Assembly (NCBI GenBank): GCA_964605205.1
Contig: CAZSBL010000001.1
Span: 2,405-66,404, forward strand
Length of the DNA stretch: 64,000 nt
Direction: 5' to 3'
Source: an uncultured Gemmatimonadaceae bacterium
GTDB taxonomy: Bacteria; Gemmatimonadota; Gemmatimonadetes; Longimicrobiales; RSA9
In this document: positions 35,731-43,434 of the stretch, in pieces
How the letters are laid out: every line of letters starts with the position of its first letter
Numbering within the stretch: position 1 is the first letter of the stretch
Program-made: the position numbers and the translations under genes
The notes under the pieces: model-generated
Seen by the model: only the letters and a program-made list of their open reading frames with translations
What the model was told of the DNA's origin: nothing
Databases searched by the model: none

Positions 35731-36305
35731 CCCGGGCCGAGAAGGGCCGCAAAGCGCTGCACGCGGCCCTGTCGCTGGGGGCGGCCGGCGTGGCCGCGTG
35801 GCTCGCGCCGACGGCCGCCGCGGTAGTCCTCGCCGCGGCCACCTCCGTGGCGCTGATGGTGGAGCTCGGACGCCGGCTGAGCCGCTCCGTCGCCGGGGCG
35901 TTCCGCCGGCTGGCCCCGATGCTCAAGGAAGACGAAGCCGGGGGGCTCACCGGCGCCACCACCCTCTCCATGGGATTCACCGTCGCGGCGGTGCTCTTCC
36001 CCGGCACCCCGGCGCTGGCGGGCATCCTCTTTGCCGGGCTGGGCGATCCCGCCGCCGCGGTGGCCGGCCGCCGCTGGGGGCGGATCCGCTACCCGGGCGG
36101 GAAGAGCGTGGCCGGGAGTGGGACGTTCCTGCTGGTGGCGCTGGCCGTGGGGCTGGCGCTGGGGCTCCCGCCCCGGGTGACCGTGATCGCCGGGCTGCTG
36201 GTCACGGTGGTGGAGGCGTTCTCCCTCCGCCTCGACGACAATGTCTACCTCCCCGTGCTCGGCGCGGCCGCCATTTCCGCGGTGAGCTGGCTGACCGCCG
36301 TGTGA
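35727..36305 (+). CDS. dolichol/phytol-kinase-like CTP-dependent polyprenol kinase family membrane protein
   Basis: GTG 35727 (GTGA overlap). Polytopic, with LGDPAAAVAGRRWGRIRYPGGKSVAGSGTF resembling the GD..A...G..G....KS.EG block of the SEC59/DGK1/VTE5 family. Confidence 0.55.
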   Translation: MTRAEKGRKALHAALSLGAAGVAAWLAPTAAAVVLAAATSVALMVELGRRLSRSVAGAFRRLAPMLKEDEAGGLTGATTLSMGFTVAAVLFPGTPALAGILFAGLGDPAAAVAGRRWGRIRYPGGKSVAGSGTFLLVALAVGLALGLPPRVTVIAGLLVTVVEAFSLRLDDNVYLPVLGAAAISAVSWLTAV

Positions 36306-36313
36306 GACTTGTC

Positions 36314-36343
36314 TTGACGGTGCCGAATCCCGCTTTTTACCTT
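36314..36343 (+). promoter_or_regulatory. candidate promoter for the cold-shock gene
   Basis: TTGACG-N18-TACCTT, leaving a ~55-nt leader. The same TACCTT -10-like hexamer occurs upstream of the exbB-like gene. Confidence 0.3.
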
Positions 36344-36403
36344 GACAGGCGCTGGCGTAGTCGCAGTTCCGTAGACCCCCCCAGTATCTAGGAGGACAGG
36401 TTC

Positions 36404-36619
36404 ATGGCCAGAGGTAAGGTGAAGTGGTTCAATGACTCGAAGGGCTATGGGTTCATTGAGCAGCCGGACGGTGAGGACGTCTTCGTGCATTTCTCGGCGA
36501 TCACGATGGAAGGGTTCAAGACGCTCGCCGAGGGCGAAGAGGTGGATTTCGAGCTGAAGGAGACGGACAAGGGACTTCAGGCCATGAACGTTCAGCGAGG
36601 GGGCGCAGCGGAGGCCTGA
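36404..36619 (+). CDS. cold-shock protein (CspA family)
   Basis: GGAGGA SD. RNP1 KGYGFI and RNP2 VFVHFS in [33 protein letters not shown]. Confidence 0.9.
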   Translation: MARGKVKWFNDSKGYGFIEQPDGEDVFVHFSAITMEGFKTLAEGEEVDFELKETDKGLQAMNVQRGGAAEA

Positions 36620-36639
36620 CGAGCCGGACCCCCGAACAC

Positions 36640-36680
36640 AGCGCCCCGCCACGACCCGTCGTGGCGGGGCGCTTTCCGTT
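36640..36680 (+). terminator. rho-independent terminator of the cold-shock gene
   Basis: Perfect 15-bp stem AGCGCCCCGCCACGA / TCGTGGCGGGGCGCT with the 4-nt loop CCCG, followed by TTCCGTT. Confidence 0.8.
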
Positions 36681-36708
36681 GCATGGCACGCCGGGTGCGC
36701 GGTACAAT
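36679..36708 (+). promoter_or_regulatory. candidate polA promoter
   Basis: TTGCAT-N18-TACAAT ending about 33 nt before the polA ATG (36741). Confidence 0.45.
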
Positions 36709-36740
36709 CCCCACCCACGACCCCCGCTCCGAACGGTTGA

Positions 36741-39491
36741 ATGGTAGAGCTGCCCGAGAAGACCCGACCTCGCCTGTACCTCATCGATGGCTACGCCCTG
36801 ATCTACCGGGCGTTCTTCGCCATGATCAGCCGGCCGCTGATGACGTCGAAGGGGGAGAACACGTCGGCGGCGTTCGGCCTCACCCGGTTCCTGCTGAAGC
36901 TGCTGGACGAGTATCAGCCCGATTATCTGGGCGTGGTCATGGACTCGGGAGACAGCGAGCGGACGGAGATCTACCCCGAGTACAAGGCCACGCGGGAGAA
37001 GATGCCCGATGAGCTGCGGGCCAGCCTGCCGCGGATCCGGGAGCTGGTGGAGGCGTTCCGGATCCCGATCCTGGAGCTGGAGGACTACGAGGCGGACGAT
37101 GTGATCGGGACCATGGCCCGGCTAGCGGCGGAGGAGGGGGTGGAGACCGTCATCGTCAGTGGCGACAAGGACTTCTACCAGCTGATCAGCGACCACGTGA
37201 AGCTGCTGAACCCGGGCCGGGGCGGGCAGTCGAACGTGGACGAGGAGTGGGTGGGGCCGGAGAACGCATCGGAGCGGCTCGGCGTCCCGCCGGAGCACGT
37301 GCGTGACTACCTGGCGCTGATCGGTGACAGCTCAGACAACATCCCCGGCGCTAAGGGGATCGGGCCGAAGACGGCGGTCAAGCTCATCGACCAGTATGGC
37401 GGCATCGACGAGATCCTGGCCCACGCCGATGAGGTGAGCGGAAAGCGAGCTCGGGAGGCGCTCCAGGAGTACCGCGACGAGATCCTGCTGTCGAAGAAGC
37501 TGGTCACGATCATGGAGGAGCTGCCGGTGGAGCTGGACCTCGAGGCGCTGGAGGTGACCGGTCCGGACCGGGAGCGGCTCAAGGAGCTCTTCGCCACCCT
37601 CGAGTTCCACGGGCTGGTCCGGGAGATCGCGGCGCCCGAGCCCGAGACCGAGCGGCTCGAGGCCGACTATCGGCTGGTGGCGTCGGCGGACGGCGTGGCC
37701 GAGCTGGCCGGGAAGATCGCCGAGCGGGGCTCGGCCTCGGTCCACGTCCTCGGCACGGCCGCCTCACCGCTCCAGGCCGGTGCGGTGGGACTGGCCATCG
37801 GGTTGGAGCGGGGGCAGGGGTGGTACCTGCCGCTGGCGCACCGCCCGGCCGGCGAGCTTGACCTGGGCGGGCACCAGGGGATGAACCTCCCGTCGCTCTC
37901 CGAGGAGGCCATGCGTCCCTTGGCCGACGTCCTGGAGGACGATGTGGTCCGGAAGACGGGGCACGACCTGAAGTACGCGATGCTGGTGCTCCGGCGGGCC
38001 GGTGTGGAGCTGCGCGGGCTGGATTTCGACGTCATGATCGCGTCGTACCTGCTGGAACCGGGCCGGCGCGAACACGAGCTCGACTCGCTGGCGCTCCAGC
38101 ACCTGGGGCACAGCGCCACGACCCGGGAAGACCTGTGCGGGAAGGGCCGAAGCGCCACCCCGGTGGCCGAGGTGGAGCTGGGCCGCGTACGGAACTACGC
38201 GTGCGAGAAGGCCGATCTGGTGACACGGCTGCGGGAAACGCTGGAGCCGCGGCTCGACGAGTATCACCTCGGAGAGCTGTACGGCGAGATCGAGCGACCG
38301 TTGATCCCGGTGCTGGCCGACATGGAGACGGCGGGGATCGGGATCGATGTCGGGTTTTTCGGGGAGGTCTCGGAGAAGCTGGAGCGGGAGCTGGATCTCA
38401 TCGAGGAGGACATCTACAAGGAGGCGGGTGAGGAGTTCAACATCAACTCCACGCCGCAGCTGCGGGAGATCCTGTTCGAGAAGCTGGAGCTGCCGGTCAT
38501 CAAGAAGACCAAGACGGGACCGTCCACCGACGCGTCGGTCCTCGAGGAGCTGGCGCTGCAGGAACATCGGATCCCCACACTGATCCTCGAGTACCGACAG
38601 CTCGACAAGCTCAAGAGCACCTACGTCGACGCGCTGCCGGCGCTCGTGAACCCGGACACGGGCCGGATCCACACCAGCTTCAACCAGGCCGTGGCGGCCA
38701 CCGGTCGGCTCAGCTCAAGTGATCCGAACCTGCAGAACATCCCGATCCGTACGGAGGTGGGCGCGGCGCTCCGGAAAGGGTTCGTCCCCGCCGAGGGGAT
38801 GCGGTTCGTGTCCGCCGACTACTCCCAGATCGAGCTCCGCGTTCTGGCCCACCTCTCCGGCGACGAGACCTTCACCCGGGCGTTCCGGTCCGACGCGGAC
38901 ATCCACCGCGAGACGGCTGCCCTGGTCTTCGAGGTGGAGGTCGAAGACGTCACAGCCGAGATGCGGGCAGCGGCCAAGACCATCAACTTCGCCACCATCT
39001 ACGGCATCGGGCCGTACGCCCTCTCGAAGCAGCTGGGAACCAGCGTGCAGGAGGCCAAGGACTTCATCGAGGGCTACTTCGAGCGGCTGCCCCAGGTCCG
39101 GGAGTACCTGGATCGCCAGATCGAGCGGGCGTACGAGGAGGGCTACGTCGAGACGCTCACCGGCCGGCGTCGCTACATCCCCGAGGTGAAGAGCAACAAC
39201 TACAACGTGCGCCAGTTCGGGGAGCGGGCCGCCACCAACGCGCCCGTACAGGGGAGTGCGGCCGACATCATCAAGATCGCCATGATCGACATCCACCGGG
39301 AGCTGGCCGAGGGCGACGACGGCACCCGGATGCTCCTCCAGGTCCACGACGAGCTCCTCTTCGAGGCCCCGTCCGACGCCGTGGACGAGATCACGTCGCT
39401 CATCACCGAACGGATGGAAGCCGCCTTCGAGCTCGATGTGCCGCTGCGGGTGGAGGTGGGGGCCGGCGAGAGCTGGTACGAGTGCAAGTAG
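36741..39491 (+). CDS. polA: DNA polymerase I
   Basis: 916 aa. 5' nuclease N-terminus, then polymerase motif A DYSQIELR, motif B RAAAKTINFATIYG and motif C LQVHDEL. Confidence 0.95.
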   Translation: MVELPEKTRPRLYLIDGYALIYRAFFAMISRPLMTSKGENTSAAFGLTRFLLKLLDEYQPDYLGVVMDSGDSERTEIYPEYKATREKMPDELRASLPRIRELVEAFRIPILELEDYEADDVIGTMARLAAEEGVETVIVSGDKDFYQLISDHVKLLNPGRGGQSNVDEEWVGPENASERLGVPPEHVRDYLALIGDSSDNIPGAKGIGPKTAVKLIDQYGGIDEILAHADEVSGKRAREALQEYRDEILLSKKLVTIMEELPVELDLEALEVTGPDRERLKELFATLEFHGLVREIAAPEPETERLEADYRLVASADGVAELAGKIAERGSASVHVLGTAASPLQAGAVGLAIGLERGQGWYLPLAHRPAGELDLGGHQGMNLPSLSEEAMRPLADVLEDDVVRKTGHDLKYAMLVLRRAGVELRGLDFDVMIASYLLEPGRREHELDSLALQHLGHSATTREDLCGKGRSATPVAEVELGRVRNYACEKADLVTRLRETLEPRLDEYHLGELYGEIERPLIPVLADMETAGIGIDVGFFGEVSEKLERELDLIEEDIYKEAGEEFNINSTPQLREILFEKLELPVIKKTKTGPSTDASVLEELALQEHRIPTLILEYRQLDKLKSTYVDALPALVNPDTGRIHTSFNQAVAATGRLSSSDPNLQNIPIRTEVGAALRKGFVPAEGMRFVSADYSQIELRVLAHLSGDETFTRAFRSDADIHRETAALVFEVEVEDVTAEMRAAAKTINFATIYGIGPYALSKQLGTSVQEAKDFIEGYFERLPQVREYLDRQIERAYEEGYVETLTGRRRYIPEVKSNNYNVRQFGERAATNAPVQGSAADIIKIAMIDIHRELAEGDDGTRMLLQVHDELLFEAPSDAVDEITSLITERMEAAFELDVPLRVEVGAGESWYECK

Positions 39492-39653
39492 GTGGAGGCC
39501 GGCGGGGCGAGTGACGGGACGAGGATTCGGCGGCGAGTCACGCTCCGACCCCGATAGTCGTTATATTGTCAGCAGTCGCACCGGGTGCCCGACCCGGTGG
39601 GAGCCTCTGCCCCCGTGTGGATCCGGGCTCCGGTCCCTCTGATCCTCGCCATC

Positions 39654-41525
39654 ATGTCAGCAGCCCGTACACTCGTCCCCTTCCTGCTCGTCGCCTTCGC
39701 CGGTTGTGACGCCATCCTGGGTCCGCCCGATGACCCGGCCAGTATCCGTGTCCGGGCCGACCGGAGCTCCCTCGAATGGGTGGGCGAGACGGCGCAGGTG
39801 GAGGCCGAGGTGCGCAACGAGGACGGCGACGTCATCGGCAGCCCCACCGTGACCTGGACGAGTGGCGATTCCATCGTCGCGACCGTCGGTGAGACGGGGA
39901 CCGTGACCGGTCGAGCCAACGGCGAGGTGTGGATCACCGGCCGGGCCGGTGGGGTGCGGGACTCCGTGCGGTTCACCGTGGACAGCCCGATCCCGTGCCT
40001 CCCGACGGGCACGCTGGCCGTGCCGGACACGGTGGCCGACGAGCTCGTGCCGGGGGAGTGCGGCCCCGAGGCGCGCTATACGGAGGTCTGGCAGATCGAG
40101 GTGGAGGAGAGCGGCCTGATCACCCTCGACCTCACCAGCTCCGCGTTCAATGCGTTCCTCATGCTGCTGGATGACCAGGGCCAGGCGGTGGGCGCGGACA
40201 ACGACAGTGGCGTGGCGTTCAACGCCCGACTCATGGTGGACCTGTTTCCGGGCACGTACTACGCGCTGATCGGACCGTATGCGATGGGCGTGGGCGGTCC
40301 CTACCAGCTGAGCGTCATCAGGGGCGCGCACCCGAGCCCCTGCCCACCCTCGGCCACGGTCTCGTTCCCCGACACCGTCAGCGGCACGACCGCTACCGGG
40401 GCCTGCAGCTACGAAGGCTTCCTGATCGACGTTTGGCGGCTCGAGCTCGCCGACAGCACCGACGTGACGTTCCAGCTGGTGGGCGACGACTTCGGCATGT
40501 ACCTTGCCGTCACCGACACCATCGGCCGCTACCTCTTCGGCGGCTCACCGGGCCCGTCCGAAGGGAGCTGGGTCGAGCGCACGATCCCACCCGGCGCGTA
40601 CGACATCTGGGCCGGCGCACGGGAGCAGGGCGTGGCCGGAAGCTACACCCTCCAGGTCAAGCAGGGACCCGCCGCCCTGAACTGCCCGACCACGGGCACC
40701 GTGGCGATCAACGGGACGGGTACGGGCGCCCTCACAAACGAGGACTGCTATGTCTGGTTCGCGCCCTCCGACGGGTGGACGCTCGAGGTGACGGACACGA
40801 CCGAGCTGACCATGGCCGTCAACACCCCCGATCCTATCTATCCGGCCCTCCTGGTCGGGGACTCGGTGGGCGAGCTCGTGGGGATCGGGTTCCAGAACAT
40901 CGCCCGGTACGCCCGTCACGACACCACGCTGGTGCCGGGCAGCTACCGCGTCTGGATCCAGTCGGCCGACCTCGAGCCCGGCGACTACCAGCTGAGCGTG
41001 GTGGAGGCCGGGGAGATGGGTGCGTGCGAGCCGGGGGACGTGGCGGTCATCGACAGCACCTTCGAGGGCGCCCTCTCCACCACCGACTGCGCTCTCATCG
41101 ACGGACGCTACACTGACGGGTGGACACTCCAGGTCGACACCACCACTCACGTCACCATCGAGCTGGAAAGCGCCAAGTTCGATGCCTTCCTGATCGTGGT
41201 GGACTCGGCGGGCCACGCCGTGGGCCGCGATGATGACAGCGGCGATGGCACCGACGCCTCCATCACCCTCGAACTGGAGCCCGGCGCCTACACCCTCTGG
41301 GCTACGTCGTGGGCGGCCCACAGCATCGGCGGCTACCAGCTCACCCTGGCCACCGCCACCGCGAGCCTCCTCACCGATGGCGACGACGGCCAGGGCAAGA
41401 CCGCGAGCGCCTGGCCGCCCACCCGTACCGGTCAGGATGCCGGGCCACTCCTGCTCCGGGACCGCCCGACGTGGGTCGAACGCCTGCGGATCCGGTCCGC
41501 CGGAACCATCGACCCGGGACGGTAG
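39654..41525 (+). CDS. secreted lipoprotein: Big_2-like Ig domain + four PPC-like (pre-peptidase C-terminal type) repeats
   Basis: Track ORF trimmed to Met 39654. Lipobox LVAFAGC. Big_2-like segment (VTWTSGDSIVATVGETGTVTGRANGEVWITG). Four ~100-aa modules each end in a P(G)xYxxxx...YQL(S/T)(V/L) pattern. No catalytic domain seen. Confidence 0.6.
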   Translation: MSAARTLVPFLLVAFAGCDAILGPPDDPASIRVRADRSSLEWVGETAQVEAEVRNEDGDVIGSPTVTWTSGDSIVATVGETGTVTGRANGEVWITGRAGGVRDSVRFTVDSPIPCLPTGTLAVPDTVADELVPGECGPEARYTEVWQIEVEESGLITLDLTSSAFNAFLMLLDDQGQAVGADNDSGVAFNARLMVDLFPGTYYALIGPYAMGVGGPYQLSVIRGAHPSPCPPSATVSFPDTVSGTTATGACSYEGFLIDVWRLELADSTDVTFQLVGDDFGMYLAVTDTIGRYLFGGSPGPSEGSWVERTIPPGAYDIWAGAREQGVAGSYTLQVKQGPAALNCPTTGTVAINGTGTGALTNEDCYVWFAPSDGWTLEVTDTTELTMAVNTPDPIYPALLVGDSVGELVGIGFQNIARYARHDTTLVPGSYRVWIQSADLEPGDYQLSVVEAGEMGACEPGDVAVIDSTFEGALSTTDCALIDGRYTDGWTLQVDTTTHVTIELESAKFDAFLIVVDSAGHAVGRDDDSGDGTDASITLELEPGAYTLWATSWAAHSIGGYQLTLATATASLLTDGDDGQGKTASAWPPTRTGQDAGPLLLRDRPTWVERLRIRSAGTIDPGR

Positions 41526-41648
41526 CGCGCACTTCCTCGGTCGGACGTAGAATTTCGTCCGATTCCGCTATCGGAGTGCCCCATCCCGTGCGTTATCCCT
41601 GTAGGTGACCGGCCCCGACAGGCGGGGCCCCAACCAGAGGAGGTACGC

Positions 41649-42050
41649 ATGGCACGATCCGTCAACAAGATCATCCTGGTCGGCAACGTGGGCCGCGATC
41701 CCGAGGTCCAGGCCACGTCCAACGGCCACAAGGTGGCCCACTTCTCGCTGGCCACCAGCCGCCGGTTCCCCAAGGAGAACGGGTTCGATGAGCGGACCGA
41801 GTGGCACCGGCTCACCGTCTGGGATCGGCTCGCCGAGATCACCGAGGAGTACGTCCGCAAGGGCGACCGCCTGTACGTGGAGGGGCGGATGCAGTACGAC
41901 TCCTACGAGCGCGACGGCGTCACCATCCCCACCGCCGAGATCAACGTTCGCGAGCTGGTCATGCTCGGCTCCGCGTCCGGGCGCAACGTGAGCGGAGCCG
42001 ACGTGGAGGCCGAAGCGGGGGCGGAGGAAGAGGAGCTGGTCGAGGCCTAG
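41649..42050 (+). CDS. ssb: single-stranded DNA-binding protein (short, 133 aa)
   Basis: OB-fold N-terminus MARSVNKIILVGNVGRDPEVQATSNGHKVAHFSLATSRRF...TEWHRLTVW. Acidic tail ends EEEELVEA. Confidence 0.9.
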   Translation: MARSVNKIILVGNVGRDPEVQATSNGHKVAHFSLATSRRFPKENGFDERTEWHRLTVWDRLAEITEEYVRKGDRLYVEGRMQYDSYERDGVTIPTAEINVRELVMLGSASGRNVSGADVEAEAGAEEEELVEA

Positions 42051-42066
42051 GGGCTTCGGCAGGAAA

Positions 42067-42111
42067 CACGGAGGCACGGAGCGGGCTCACCCCCAACTCC
42101 GTGCCTCCGTG
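42067..42111. terminator. bidirectional terminator-like hairpin between convergent ssb and sigma genes
   Basis: Perfect 15-bp stem CACGGAGGCACGGAG / CTCCGTGCCTCCGTG with a 15-nt loop. The stem is built from the same xCGGAG units as elements A and B. Confidence 0.6.
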
Positions 42112-42135
42112 CCCTCTATGAGCTGTTCCGTTCCC

Positions 42136-42996
42136 CTACTCGGCCGCCCAGAAGGTGCTCAGCGCCTCGCCGTCCGCGCTCTCCCGCAGCTTCTCGAATG
42201 CACGGTTCCGGATCTGGCGGATCCGCTCGCGGGTTACGCCGAGCAGTGAACCGATCTCTTCCAGCGTCCGCTCCTCGCCGTCATCCAGTCCGTAGTACAG
42301 GTAGAGGATCTTTCGCTCCCGCTCGGTCAGGTACTTCTCGAACATCCGGTCCAGGAACTCCCGCCGCGCCTGGCTCTCGACGCTCTCCTCGATATCGTCG
42401 CTCTCGGCACCGGCGAAGCGCTCCCCGAACGAGGCGCTGTCCCGGTCACCCCGGTCGATGGGGGCGTCCAGCGAAAGCTCGGAGGCCGCCACGCGTCGGA
42501 GCGCCCGCACCGTCTCGATGGGCTCCTCCATGTGCTCCGCGATCTCCTGGTCCGTGGGCGAGCGGCCCAGCAGCTGCGTCAGCGCCGTCTCCGTGCGGCT
42601 CAGCTTCACCAGATTCGAGTTCTGGTTCAGCGGGATCCGCACCGAGCGAGTCTGCTCGGCCAGCGCCTGAAGCACCGTCTGACGGATCCACCAGACGGCG
42701 TAGGAGATGAACTTCACGCCCTTGTCGGGATCGAACTTCTTCACCGCCTTCAGCAGGCCCTCGTTCCCGATGCACACCAGCTCCGCCAGGCCCAGGCCCC
42801 GGCCCTGGTACTTCTTCACGTACGAAATTACGAACCGTAGGTTCGCCGTCACCAGACGCTCCGCCGCCTCCTTGTCTCCCTCACGGGCCCGGGCGGCCAG
42901 CTCGCGCTCCTCCATCGGGTCTTCGATGAGCGGGTACTTCTCCACATCGAACAGGTACTGATCGAAAGAATCCGTCGCGCGCGAGTTCACGAACAT
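42136..42996 (-). CDS. RNA polymerase sigma-70 family factor (compact, 286 aa)
   Basis: Region 2 ANLRFVISYVKKYQGRG...KFDPDKGVKFISYAVWWIRQ, region 3, and region 4 LGVTRERIRQIRNRAFEKLRE. Confidence 0.85.
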   Translation of the reverse strand: MFVNSRATDSFDQYLFDVEKYPLIEDPMEERELAARAREGDKEAAERLVTANLRFVISYVKKYQGRGLGLAELVCIGNEGLLKAVKKFDPDKGVKFISYAVWWIRQTVLQALAEQTRSVRIPLNQNSNLVKLSRTETALTQLLGRSPTDQEIAEHMEEPIETVRALRRVAASELSLDAPIDRGDRDSASFGERFAGAESDDIEESVESQARREFLDRMFEKYLTERERKILYLYYGLDDGEERTLEEIGSLLGVTRERIRQIRNRAFEKLRESADGEALSTFWAAE

Positions 42997-43020
42997 AAAG
43001 CGTTACCTCTCTCGGGAGAA

Positions 43021-43061
43021 CGAAAAAGCAGCGAGCACGCTGGGCGATGGATGCTCGCTGC
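43021..43061 (-). promoter_or_regulatory. intrinsic-terminator-like leader hairpin (possible attenuator) in the sigma gene 5' UTR
   Basis: Minus-strand RNA reads GCAGCGAGCA-(14 nt)-UGCUCGCUGC-UUUUUCG. A 10-bp perfect stem plus a U5 tract, ending 26 nt before the ATG and upstream of the SD GAGAGAGG. Confidence 0.5.
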
Positions 43062-43149
43062 CTCTTGGGTTGGAATCCGAATGTTTGGACCGCAGACAGA
43101 GCATCCGCACCCGGAAGCCGTTGTGGGTAATCGGCCTGAAGAACACGCC

Positions 43150-43178
43150 AATATATACGAAACTGAAAAACGTGTAAA
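43150..43178 (-). promoter_or_regulatory. candidate promoter of the sigma-factor gene
   Basis: Minus strand reads TTTACA-N17-TATATT inside a locally AT-rich island. It would give a ~147-nt leader containing the hairpin above. Confidence 0.4.
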
Positions 43179-43434
43179 CCCTCCCGGGCCCGCGCCGGCT
43201 CCTCCCCCCGGGCCAGTGCGGGGCAGGGTGCCAGATCGCGCCCGTGAAAACAGATGTTTTTGCGCGCGCTTTCGCGCGGCGGGCGGCGCGCGCGGTGCCC
43301 GGCTCTGGATGCGGCCTATGATGGCTGCGAGCCCCGCAGCTCGTCGAGGGCGAAGAAGCGTTTGATCTCGAGGTTGCCGGCCTCGAGGATGCGGTCGTTC
43401 ATGCGCTCGCGGAACTCACAGAATTCGTTGACGC

